Part shown: positions 35,394 to 43,742 of the stretch, piece by piece
Numbering within the stretch: position 1 is the first letter of the stretch
Layout: every line of letters begins with the position of its first letter
Source: Elusimicrobiales bacterium
GTDB lineage: Bacteria; Elusimicrobiota; Elusimicrobia; Elusimicrobiales; UBA9959
Direction of reading: 5' to 3'
DNA: 64,000 bases
Assembly (NCBI GenBank): GCA_038204165.1
Contig: JBBRDG010000002.1
Coordinates: 25,832-89,831, forward strand
The notes under the pieces: generated by a model
Seen by the model: the letters and a program-made list of their open reading frames with translations, nothing else
What the model was told of the DNA's origin: nothing
Database searches by the model: none
Position numbers and translations under genes: made by a program

Positions 35394-36323
35394 ATGGACG
35401 TCGAAATATATATCAGGCAGCGTGCCGCCGCTATTAATGCAGCCCTCCCCGGTTTTATAACCACCCTCAAAGGCGCCCAGCCCGCCTTGGCGGAAGCCAT
35501 GGCCTATCCGCTGGCGGCCGGCGGCAAGCGCCTGCGCCCGCTGCTGCTGGGAGCCTCCTACGAAATTTTCGGCGGCAAAGTCGCGGACATCCTGCCCGCG
35601 GCCTGCGCCATAGAGATGCTGCATACCTATTCTCTGGTCCACGACGACCTGCCGGCCATGGATGACGACGGTCTGCGCCGCGGCCGCCCCACCACGCACA
35701 AGGTTTACGGCGAAGCGCTGGCCATCCTGGCGGGCGACGCGCTGCTGACCGACGCTTTCACCGTGCTGCTTTCCTCCAGGTATCCCCGCCGCGTAAAGCC
35801 GGCTCACCTGCTTAAGGCTGCCGGCTTGCTGGCGTCCAGGGCCGGCGCGCGGGGGATGGTGTCCGGGCAGACGGCGGACCTCGGCGCCGAGGGTTTTCTT
35901 CCGGTGGGGAAGATCTCTCCCGTCCGCAGGAAGGCCGGGCTGAAGCTGCTTTCCTATATCCACCTGCATAAGACCGCGGACTTGATAACCGCCGCGGTGG
36001 AGATGGGCGCGGCGCTGGCCGGCGCCCCGGACAAGGATTTTAAAGCGTTGTCCGCGTTCGGACGCGACATAGGCCTTTGCTTTCAGGCGGCGGACGATAT
36101 TCTGGATGTAGTGGGGGATAAGAAAAAGCTAGGCAAAAGCGGCAGCGACGCGCGCAACCGCAAGCTGACCTGCGTCTCGCTGTTGGGGGTGGAAGAAGCC
36201 CGCCGCCGCGCCGCGGCGCTGATGCGCAGAGCCCTGCCGGAACTGGCGAAGGTGAGCGGCAAGGCCGCGCCCAAGGCCGCGCTAGCCGCGCTGGCCGGAT
36301 TTGTTTACGGGAGGGAAAACTGA
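35394..36323 (+). CDS. ispA: (2E,6E)-farnesyl diphosphate synthase / polyprenyl synthetase
   Basis: First and second Asp-rich motifs LVHDDLPAMDDD and FQAADDILD. Confidence 0.9.
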   Translation: MDVEIYIRQRAAAINAALPGFITTLKGAQPALAEAMAYPLAAGGKRLRPLLLGASYEIFGGKVADILPAACAIEMLHTYSLVHDDLPAMDDDGLRRGRPTTHKVYGEALAILAGDALLTDAFTVLLSSRYPRRVKPAHLLKAAGLLASRAGARGMVSGQTADLGAEGFLPVGKISPVRRKAGLKLLSYIHLHKTADLITAAVEMGAALAGAPDKDFKALSAFGRDIGLCFQAADDILDVVGDKKKLGKSGSDARNRKLTCVSLLGVEEARRRAAALMRRALPELAKVSGKAAPKAALAALAGFVYGREN

Positions 36324-36324
36324 T

Positions 36325-38214
36325 ATGCCTCTCCTCACAAATATAAAAGGTTCGGAAGACATAAAGAAACTCGACGTCGCTGCCCTGCCGGCGTTGGCCG
36401 AGGAAGTGCGCAAACTCATCATCGAAGGCGTCAGCCGCACGGGCGGCCACCTGGCTTCCAGCCTGGGCGCCGCGGACCTGATCCTTTCGCTGCATTACGT
36501 CTTCAATACGCCGCAGGACCGGATAGTTTTCGACACCGGCCACCAGACCTACGCCCATAAGATCCTGACCGGCCGCGCAGCCAGTTTTCACACTATCCGC
36601 ACGCGAGGCGGACTTTCAGGCTTTCTGAAGCGTTACGAATCCGAGTACGACGCCTTCGGCGCCGGACACGCTTCCACGGCGCTCTCCGCCGCGGCGGGTA
36701 TGGCCGCGGCCCGCGACCAGACCGGCGCCTCTTACCGCGTAGTAGCGGTGGTGGCCGACGGAGCTATGACCGGCGGCATGGCCTGGGAGGCCTTGCAGAA
36801 CGTGGGCCAGCTGGGTACGGACCTGTTGGTGGTGCTGAACGATAACCAGATGTTCATCTCGCAGCGCGTGGGGCGCCTGGGGCGCATTCTGACCAAGCTG
36901 CTTACGCTGGGCACGATACAGAACGCCGAGCGCAAGGCCGAGTTGTTCCTGAACCGCTTTCAGTTTTGGGGGAAAAAGATTCTGCGCGTGGCCAAGCGCG
37001 CGCGCGTGCTATTCTTCCCCGGCATGATCTTTGAGGAGATGGGCTTCACTTATTACGGGCCTGTAGATGGTCACAATATCGCCGAACTTGTGGAAGTGCT
37101 CGGCTACGTTAAAAATCTCAAAGGTCCGGTGATGCTTCACGTGGTCACCAAGAAGGGCCGCGGCTACTCGCACGCCGAGACGGCCCCGACCAAGTTCCAC
37201 GGCGCGCCCAGATTCGACGTTGAGACCGGCCTTTCGGCAAAGTCTGTATCGTCCGCCCCGGCTGCGCCTTCCTTCACTTCTGTCTTCGGCAAAACGCTGG
37301 TTAAGCTGGCCAAGGCTGACCCGCGGATCTGCGCGATAACCGCGGCCATGCCGGAAGGCACCGGCCTGGACCTTTTCCGCGACACTTTTCCGAAGAGATA
37401 TTACGACGTGGGGATAGCCGAGGAACACGCCATTACCTTCGCGGCCGGGCTCGCGGCGGACGGGATGAAGCCCGTGGCGGCCATCTATTCCTCCTTCATG
37501 CAGCGCGCTTTCGACCAGGTGCAGCACGATGTCTCGCTGCAGAAACTGCCGGTGGTGATAGCTATGGACCGGGCAGGTATCGTCGGAGAGGACGGTCCCA
37601 CGCACCACGGGGTTTTCGATATTTCCCTTTTCAGGATGCTGCCGGACGTGGTCGTTATGGCCGCCGCGGATGAGAACGAACTGCAGCACATGCTGGCTAC
37701 GGCGTTCGCCTGCGGCAAGCCGGTGCTGCTGCGCTATCCCCGCGGCCGCGGCTACGGCGTGCCGATGGATGCGGAGCCGGAAGAACTCCCTTTGGGCAAA
37801 GGCCGCGTGCTCCTGCCTGGAAAGGACGTGAATTTTTTGACCATAGGCAACCGGGCGCACCCGGCAGTTAAAGCGGCGGAACTCCTCCGGGCCTCCGGTA
37901 TAGACGCCGGCGTGGCCGACATGCGGTTTGTTAAGCCGCTGGACACCGAACTAGTAGGCAGGCTGGCCGCCTGCGGTCCGCTGATTACGGTGGAGGACAA
38001 TGCGCTGGCCGGGGGCTTCGGTTCCGCGGTGCTGGAGCACCTCAACGCGGCGGGGCTGGAGACCAGGCTGCTGCGGCTTGGCATCCCCGACGAATACGTG
38101 GAACAGGGCAAGCCGGAAGAACTTTACGAAGACCTGGGCCTTACCGCGCAAAAAATGGCCGCCTCTGCTGAAGCGTGGCTAGCAAAAATAGATTTGATTA
38201 AGACTAACAGCTAA
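36325..38214 (+). CDS. dxs: 1-deoxy-D-xylulose-5-phosphate synthase
   Basis: ATG 36325 lies 1 nt after the ispA stop. Dxs blocks are GGHLASSLG, DTGHQTY.HKILTGR, GAGHASTA, GDGAMTGGMA.EAL, IAEEHA and DGPTHHG. 630 aa. Confidence 0.95.
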   Translation: MPLLTNIKGSEDIKKLDVAALPALAEEVRKLIIEGVSRTGGHLASSLGAADLILSLHYVFNTPQDRIVFDTGHQTYAHKILTGRAASFHTIRTRGGLSGFLKRYESEYDAFGAGHASTALSAAAGMAAARDQTGASYRVVAVVADGAMTGGMAWEALQNVGQLGTDLLVVLNDNQMFISQRVGRLGRILTKLLTLGTIQNAERKAELFLNRFQFWGKKILRVAKRARVLFFPGMIFEEMGFTYYGPVDGHNIAELVEVLGYVKNLKGPVMLHVVTKKGRGYSHAETAPTKFHGAPRFDVETGLSAKSVSSAPAAPSFTSVFGKTLVKLAKADPRICAITAAMPEGTGLDLFRDTFPKRYYDVGIAEEHAITFAAGLAADGMKPVAAIYSSFMQRAFDQVQHDVSLQKLPVVIAMDRAGIVGEDGPTHHGVFDISLFRMLPDVVVMAAADENELQHMLATAFACGKPVLLRYPRGRGYGVPMDAEPEELPLGKGRVLLPGKDVNFLTIGNRAHPAVKAAELLRASGIDAGVADMRFVKPLDTELVGRLAACGPLITVEDNALAGGFGSAVLEHLNAAGLETRLLRLGIPDEYVEQGKPEELYEDLGLTAQKMAASAEAWLAKIDLIKTNS

Positions 38215-38232
38215 GGAACCAAGGAGCGCAAC

Positions 38233-39096
38233 GTGAAACAGACACCTGAGATGAGGAAAATGGTTTTAAAATTACACAGGTCAAAGGCTTATCGGAAAGC
38301 CTATTCCGACCCCGACTTCCTTACCAGTGACGAAATGCGCCCCGTGCGCCTGCAGCTGGAGCTTCAGAAACCCGAGATGACGCTGGCGGCTCACGGCGTT
38401 AAGGCCACCGTGGTGGTTTTCGGCAGCGCCCGCATCTGGGACAAAGAGCAGTCCGAGGACAGGTCTGCGGAAATAGCCAAGCTTCTCAAAAAGAACCCCA
38501 AGAACCCGATGCTGCTCAGCAGGCTGGCCTCGGCCAAACGCCTGGAAGCGTCCGCCAAGTTTTACGAGGTCGCCCGCGATTTCGGCAGGCTGGTCTCCCT
38601 GGCCGACGTGCTGCCCGACCGCAAGCTGGTGGTGGTCACCGGCGGCGGCCCCGGCATTATGGAAGCCGCCAACCGCGGCGCCTACGAAGCCGGCGCCAAG
38701 ACCATCGGCCTGAACATCACGCTCGACATGGAGCAGGGGCCCAACCCCTACGTCTCCCCCGAGTTCTGCTTCCGCTTCCATTACTTCGCCGTCCGCAAGA
38801 TGCATTTCGTAATGCGGGCGCGCGCGCTGGTGGCGTTCCCCGGCGGCTTCGGCACCATGGACGAACTATTTGAAGTGCTTACGCTGGTACAGACCGGCAA
38901 GAAGCGCCACTTGCCCATAATCCTGGTCGGCAGGAAGTACTGGGACGACGTGATCAACTTCGCGAACATGGCCAAGTGGGGCTATATCGCGAAGGAAGAC
39001 CTGAAACTTTTCCGCTACGCGGAAACCGGGTCCGAGATCCTGAAACACATCACCGACTTCTACCGCAAAAACCCTCCGGTGAACGGTAAAAAATGA
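38233..39096 (+). CDS. LOG-family (TIGR00730-type) nucleotide 5'-monophosphate nucleosidase
   Basis: GTG start preceded by AAGGAG. Motifs GGGPGIMEAANRGA and PGGFGTMDELFE. Confidence 0.85.
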   Translation: MKQTPEMRKMVLKLHRSKAYRKAYSDPDFLTSDEMRPVRLQLELQKPEMTLAAHGVKATVVVFGSARIWDKEQSEDRSAEIAKLLKKNPKNPMLLSRLASAKRLEASAKFYEVARDFGRLVSLADVLPDRKLVVVTGGGPGIMEAANRGAYEAGAKTIGLNITLDMEQGPNPYVSPEFCFRFHYFAVRKMHFVMRARALVAFPGGFGTMDELFEVLTLVQTGKKRHLPIILVGRKYWDDVINFANMAKWGYIAKEDLKLFRYAETGSEILKHITDFYRKNPPVNGKK

Positions 39097-39389
39097 AGTC
39101 CTTACGCGGCGGCACGGCTGCGGCGCTGGCGGTATTAACCGCCTGCGCCGCGCTGGGCGCCTCGGCGCTGATCTCGCGCCTTCCTCCGCCTTCCACCTTT
39201 TCACTGCTCTTCCCGCTGCAGAACTCCCATGTGCGGGCCGGCCGCTTCTCCACCCCGGTCTGCAACGGGGTACAGTGCCGCCTCTGTCCCTACAATTGTT
39301 TTCTGCCCGAAGGCGCCCGCGGGCGCTGCAAGGTACGCATCAATTACGGCGGTCAGATAAAAACCCTGGTTAACGTAACAGACAAATGA
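39093..39389 (+). CDS. 98-aa exported Cys-rich protein resembling the N-terminal cap of AmmeMemoRadiSam-type radical SAM enzymes (possible gene remnant)
   Basis: ATGA overlaps at both ends. Signal-like leader MKSLRGGTAAALAVLTACAALGASA. Then VCNGVQCRLCPYNCFLPEGARGRCKVRINYGGQIKTLV, which matches the C.LCP..C.l..G..G.C..R.n..G pattern that precedes the radical SAM core. No CxxxCxxC core follows, and there is no obvious Shine-Dalgarno sequence. Confidence 0.4.
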   Translation: MKSLRGGTAAALAVLTACAALGASALISRLPPPSTFSLLFPLQNSHVRAGRFSTPVCNGVQCRLCPYNCFLPEGARGRCKVRINYGGQIKTLVNVTDK

Positions 39390-40522
39390 AAATCACCGGT
39401 ACTGCAAAGGAGGTGGCGGCAGCGGCGGCGCTGTTTTCGGCGCTGGTGTTAGTGCCCGTTCTTTTCTTTGGCCGCCTGCTGGCGGGTCGGGAGATAAACG
39501 TCCTTTACGCGCTGCCCTGGGCGCTGTTCTCGGCGGCCATCGCTTTCGCTATCGTGTATACCGGCCGCGTATCTTTTTACCGCCGCATCTTTTTTTCGGT
39601 TTCCGCGCTGGCCTTCCTGCTGCATTTCAAGCTTAGCCTGCTGGGCCCGGTAGCACCTTCCTCCTGCTTCAAAGAAACGCCTTTCTGCCACATCGCCATG
39701 GCCCCGTATTTCCTGACCTACCTTTACCAGCAGTATCTGGCCGTTACGGGCGGGGAGTGGAAACTGTGGGGCCCGCTCACGCTGGGCGCGGCCTGGCTCT
39801 TTGTAACGCTGGCGCTGGGCCGGGGCTGGTGTTCCTGGGCTTGTTTTTACGGCGGCATCGACGACGGGCTTAGCGCCCTGCCGCGGCGCCCGCTGCTCAA
39901 GCCTGGGCGCTGGGCCCTGAAGCTCCGGGACCTGCCCGCCGCGCTTTTGGTGTTCCTGCTGCTGGCCTCCTTCGCCTACCTGCTGCCTGTTTACTGCCTG
40001 TGGCTCTGCCCTTTCAAACTGACCGGGGTTTTTCTGGACGCTGAAGCCGGCCCCCGCAGGCTTCAATACGTCCTGATGTTCGCGGCCCTTGCGGCGCTGA
40101 TTCTAGGTCCGCTGCTTACTAAAAAAAGGATTTTCTGTTCCTACCTCTGCCCGTTCGGCGCCTGGCAGGCTTTCTGGGGAAGACTGAACCCGTTCCGCGT
40201 TTCGCTGGACGCGGAGAAATGCTCGGGTTGTCTTAAATGCGCCAAGGCCTGCCCTATGCTGGCCATTAAGGCGTCTCCGGAGGGGAAGCCGGAAGTCCTG
40301 GCCTATTGCAACCTTTGCGGGCAATGCCTGGGCGCCTGTCCTTCGGGCGGCCTGCGCTATACCGTGCTGGGCCGGCAGTTGCCCGAGGCCGCCGGTTGGG
40401 CGGGGCGGCTGTTCACCGCGGGATATTTCTACGTGTATACAGGCCTTGTTTTGGGGGCTGTTTTCTCTTCCCTCTGGGCCCCGGCGGCGCTGCGCGATCT
40501 TGTTAAATTTGCGGGATTTTAG
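39386..40522 (+). CDS. NapH/MauN/YccM-like polytopic membrane 4Fe-4S protein
   Basis: Multiple TM helices. Three CxxxC(P/F) motifs (CSWACFYGG, CLWLCPFK, CSYLCPFG). Two ferredoxin-type clusters CSGCLKCAKACP and CNLCGQCLGACP. Confidence 0.8.
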   Translation: MKITGTAKEVAAAAALFSALVLVPVLFFGRLLAGREINVLYALPWALFSAAIAFAIVYTGRVSFYRRIFFSVSALAFLLHFKLSLLGPVAPSSCFKETPFCHIAMAPYFLTYLYQQYLAVTGGEWKLWGPLTLGAAWLFVTLALGRGWCSWACFYGGIDDGLSALPRRPLLKPGRWALKLRDLPAALLVFLLLASFAYLLPVYCLWLCPFKLTGVFLDAEAGPRRLQYVLMFAALAALILGPLLTKKRIFCSYLCPFGAWQAFWGRLNPFRVSLDAEKCSGCLKCAKACPMLAIKASPEGKPEVLAYCNLCGQCLGACPSGGLRYTVLGRQLPEAAGWAGRLFTAGYFYVYTGLVLGAVFSSLWAPAALRDLVKFAGF

Positions 40523-40537
40523 AAGTCAGGAGGAAAA

Positions 40538-40732
40538 ATGAAAGACGGAAAATGGCTTGAGCCGCGCTACACCAGCAAGGAGATCTTTGAAAAGGATTAT
40601 TGCAAGCTGGACCTGAACGGCATGGACGTGAAATGCCCCGGGTGCAAGGATACCGTTACGCTCAACCGCAAAAATAACTTCGGGAAAGCCTCCGGCTGGT
40701 GCAAGCGCTGCAACCGGTCGGTTAACGTTTAG
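40538..40732 (+). CDS. 64-aa zinc-ribbon protein
   Basis: Strong Shine-Dalgarno sequence (AGGAGG) just upstream of the start codon. Two CxxC pairs (CPGCKD ... CKRCNR). Confidence 0.55.
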   Translation: MKDGKWLEPRYTSKEIFEKDYCKLDLNGMDVKCPGCKDTVTLNRKNNFGKASGWCKRCNRSVNV

Positions 40733-40742
40733 CGAGCCGAGA

Positions 40743-41357
40743 ATGCCGGCTTTATTTTCCGAAGGCTTCCTGCTGGGGCTTTCCACGGGTTTTTACTGCC
40801 TGACGGCCTGTCTGCCGCTGCTGGCCCCATACCTGCTGGCTGAGGGAAAAACTGCCTGGAAGTTCAATTTTTGGATCTTTCTGGAGTTCATGGGGGGGCG
40901 TTTCGCGGCCTATATGCTCTTTGCCCTGCTAGCCTCGCTGGCGGGCAAGGCCGGCCAGGGAGCACTTCCCCCAAGGCTTCTTCCGGCTGGTATGCTGTCT
41001 TGCGGGCTGGTGATGGTGCTGCTGGCCGTCTTCCGTATTACTTCCGGTCCCGCCGCCTGCCTGCTCAAGACCGATATCAATCCTTTCTTAAGAAGGCTGC
41101 CCCTGGCGATGGGCTTCATTACCGGCATAAATATCTGCCCGCCTTTTGCTGCCGGCTTTCTGCGCCTGATGGAATTAGCGGACGTTTTTAAGGGTTTAAC
41201 CTATTTCTGCGGCTTTTTCGGCGCTACCTCCCTTTTTATCTCACCTATAATGCTGGGCACTCCCTGGATAGGACCGCGGGTTAATGAGATAGGCCGGCTT
41301 ACGCTGTTTATAGCCGGGGTTTGGTACTCAGTTCTCGGGATAAGTGGCCTTTTATAG
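40743..41357 (+). CDS. DsbD_2 / TauE-SafE-like membrane protein with intramembrane Cys motifs
   Basis: 204 aa, about 6 TM helices. TM1 motif GLSTGFYCLTACLP and a later GINICPPF, as in the DsbD_2 (UreH-like) family. Confidence 0.6.
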   Translation: MPALFSEGFLLGLSTGFYCLTACLPLLAPYLLAEGKTAWKFNFWIFLEFMGGRFAAYMLFALLASLAGKAGQGALPPRLLPAGMLSCGLVMVLLAVFRITSGPAACLLKTDINPFLRRLPLAMGFITGINICPPFAAGFLRLMELADVFKGLTYFCGFFGATSLFISPIMLGTPWIGPRVNEIGRLTLFIAGVWYSVLGISGLL

Positions 41358-41421
41358 GACCAAAGGACCTATATTAGTATAGGCCCTTTGGCCTTGCCGG
41401 TATTTGCCTTTAGGGCCTATA
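41353..41421. promoter_or_regulatory. four TATAGGNCC boxes in alternating orientation, including a 14-bp-stem hairpin (operator-like or terminator)
   Basis: TATAGGACC (41353-41361), GGACCTATA (41365-41373), TATAGGCCC (41378-41386) and GGGCCTATA (41413-21). A hairpin forms from CCAAAGGACCTATA-TTAG-TATAGGCCCTTTGG (41360-41391, one mismatch). The site lies between the DsbD_2-like stop and the M14 start at 41470. Confidence 0.4.
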
Positions 41422-41469
41422 CTTAATATAGACTTGATTGTTATCAACCCCAGCGGAGGTTTTTCAGCG

Positions 41470-42771
41470 ATGAATAAAATTTTACTCTCTTTTGCTTTAC
41501 TCGGGACGCTCACCTTGTCAGTCCGCGCGGCAAACGACCTGCCGGCTGATTCCTCTTCTTTTGACCAGCTGCTCAAGCAGATAACCGTTGAGGCGTCCGC
41601 CGCCCCCGAACCCGCTTTCAATATAGAGAAGCTCGAAGTCCTCCCTGCCGAGGGCCGCTTCTGGGTAACCGTAAAAGCCGCCGACAAGTACGAGCGCACC
41701 CGCCTGCTTGAGGCCGGCCTGGACATCGTGGAAATAAAGGGCGACCTGGTTTCAGGTTTCTCCGGCCAGCGCACCATGGACGCCCTGTCTTCGAAAGCTT
41801 TCACGCTGGTCAGCAAGATGACCGTGGCGGAGAAGTACGCGCCCCGTTACACTAAGGACTTCCCGGCCGCTGACGCCGCTTACCACAACTATAAAGAAAC
41901 CACCGACCTGCTCAACCAGCTGGCCGCCAGGAATTCCGATATCGCCTCCGTGTTCTCGATCGGAAAGACCACCGAAGGCCGCGACATCTGGTGCCTGCGC
42001 ATAAATGCGAACGCCAAGGGCAAGGCCGCCAGCGCCAAGCCGGGAGCTTTTTTTCTGGGCAACGTGCACGCGCGCGAGCACCTGGCCAATGAAGTGCCGC
42101 TGCTGTTCGCGTCCTGGCTGTTCGACCACCGGAATGACGCCGACATTAAACAGTACATCTCCGCCCTGGATATTTATATAATCCCGATGGGCAACCCCGA
42201 CGGCGTGGAATACGACATCAAGAGCGGCAAGTACCAGTACTTCCGCAAGAATGCCCGCGTGAACCCCGATAAATCCATCGGCGTGGACCTGAACCGCAAT
42301 TTCGATTCCTGGTGGTGCGAGGCCGGCGCCTCTACCTACCCCGGCGCGGACACCTACTGCGGCCCCAAGGCCTTCTCCGAACCCGAGAGCCAGCGCCTGA
42401 GGGATTTTATGCTGGCCCGCAAGAATATAAAGACGCATATCAGCTACCACAGCTACGCCAGCGAGATCCTCTACCCCTGGGGCGGCAATGACGCCGACGT
42501 GCCGAACGCCAAGGATAAGGACGCTTTCGTAAAGCTGTCTGGCGAGATGGGCAAACTGACCGGCTATACCGCCCGCAAGTCCAGCGATATGTATATCGCT
42601 ACCGGGGACAGCTGCGACTGGGCCTACGCCGCCGGCGGTATCCTGGCCTTCACCTTCGAGCTTGAAGGCAACGGCTTTTACCCCGGAGCGGGCCTTATCA
42701 CCAAGACCGTTAATAATAACATTAAGGCCGCGGTTTACCTGCTCAGCAAGACGGCGAATCCTTACCAGTAA
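41470..42771 (+). CDS. exported M14-family zinc carboxypeptidase
   Basis: Signal peptide MNKILLSFALLGTLTLSVRA from ATG 41470. Zinc motif HAREH (NVHAREHLANE). Blocks NPDG, DLNRNF, YHSY and the C-terminal FTFELE block. Confidence 0.85.
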   Translation: MNKILLSFALLGTLTLSVRAANDLPADSSSFDQLLKQITVEASAAPEPAFNIEKLEVLPAEGRFWVTVKAADKYERTRLLEAGLDIVEIKGDLVSGFSGQRTMDALSSKAFTLVSKMTVAEKYAPRYTKDFPAADAAYHNYKETTDLLNQLAARNSDIASVFSIGKTTEGRDIWCLRINANAKGKAASAKPGAFFLGNVHAREHLANEVPLLFASWLFDHRNDADIKQYISALDIYIIPMGNPDGVEYDIKSGKYQYFRKNARVNPDKSIGVDLNRNFDSWWCEAGASTYPGADTYCGPKAFSEPESQRLRDFMLARKNIKTHISYHSYASEILYPWGGNDADVPNAKDKDAFVKLSGEMGKLTGYTARKSSDMYIATGDSCDWAYAAGGILAFTFELEGNGFYPGAGLITKTVNNNIKAAVYLLSKTANPYQ

Positions 42772-42786
42772 ACGCGCAGGGCGAAG

Positions 42787-42816
42787 AAAAAACCCGGGAA
42801 GCTTCCCAGGTTTTTT
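42787..42816. terminator. bidirectional rho-independent terminator
   Basis: AAAAAACCCGGGAAGCTTCCCAGGTTTTTT between convergent genes. Confidence 0.7.
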
Positions 42817-42836
42817 ATTTTATCCGCATAAGCGCG

Positions 42837-43742
42837 CTATTTTAGCGTGAGCGTGTAGGACTTTACCTTTGCCGCCGGGTAGTAGGATTCCTTGGTTTTG
42901 GTCAGGCCTGGCTTGCCCAGGTCGCTTTCCTTGTTGACGCTGGTGTAAGCGGGCGGGAGGCTAACGGCGAATTCCTTGTCCAGGAACTGGTAAAGGCCCT
43001 TGATGTCGTCCAGCGCCTTTTCGAAGTTCAGTACAAAGGTATCCTGCGAAAGGCGCGAGCCCAGGGCGAAACCGCATATCTCTCCGTCGATGAGCACAAG
43101 GATGCCTTTCATTTCCAGCAGCTGCAGGTGCTTCAGGGAATTTACTATGGCCTTGCGCTCGCAGTTGAGCATGTCCAGCCGGGCGCCGGTCTCGGGGTCG
43201 TGCGCCCAGCGGTCCAGCAACTTGAGGCAGGCGTCGGTATTAGAGGGGGTAATCTCCTCCACCCTGACCTGTCTGACCGCCGCGGTCTGCTTGTTGAACT
43301 GCGCGATCAGGTTGCGCTTCTTGGAGTATTTATGCCCGGCCAGTCCGGCCAGATCGGAAGTGTTGTAAAGGTAATCCATGAAGCCCGGCTGTTCTTCCGC
43401 CGTAAAAAGGGCTTCAAGCGCCGTTTTGTGCTTTTCGAAATAGGCTTGCGGCACGTAGAAGAAGCGGTTGTGGCGGTTGCGCGCGGCAATTTCGGCCAGC
43501 TCGGCCGGCTGCACTTCGCGGAACGGGCAGGGGACCGGCATCAGCAGGCGGCGCGCGGCCGGCGGTTCCAGGTCGGTTTCGGCCAGCAGCAGCAAGTCGC
43601 CTTCCAGCTTCCAGGAAACCTCGTAAAGGCAGCGGTTCCAGGCTATAACGGCTGAAAGGGAATATTCACATAACGGGTATTTATGCCCGTTAAAGTATTT
43701 CTTCAGGGCCGGGTAATCTTCGGGCGTCAGTAGTTTAAACAT
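42837..43742 (-). CDS. DUF2156-domain protein (lysyl-phosphatidylglycerol synthase C-terminal-like acyltransferase fold)
   Basis: 301 aa. Overall similarity by eye to DUF2156 proteins (KKRNLIAQF, GFALG blocks). Assignment is moderate. Confidence 0.55.
   Translation of the reverse strand: MFKLLTPEDYPALKKYFNGHKYPLCEYSLSAVIAWNRCLYEVSWKLEGDLLLLAETDLEPPAARRLLMPVPCPFREVQPAELAEIAARNRHNRFFYVPQAYFEKHKTALEALFTAEEQPGFMDYLYNTSDLAGLAGHKYSKKRNLIAQFNKQTAAVRQVRVEEITPSNTDACLKLLDRWAHDPETGARLDMLNCERKAIVNSLKHLQLLEMKGILVLIDGEICGFALGSRLSQDTFVLNFEKALDDIKGLYQFLDKEFAVSLPPAYTSVNKESDLGKPGLTKTKESYYPAAKVKSYTLTLK

Noticed and set aside
35394-39096. ispA-dxs-LOG read as a cytokinin-type biosynthetic cluster
   Set aside because: No isopentenyltransferase (IPT/MiaA-like) gene is present. 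ispA-dxs is a common housekeeping pair, and LOG-family proteins are widespread nucleotide nucleosidases. The adjacency alone is not evidence.
39093-40522. A full-length radical SAM enzyme hidden by a frameshift after the Cys-rich N-terminal motif
   Set aside because: The following 1.1 kb encodes a continuous NapH-like membrane protein with its own motifs. I found no CxxxCxxC core or glycine-rich SAM motif in any frame.
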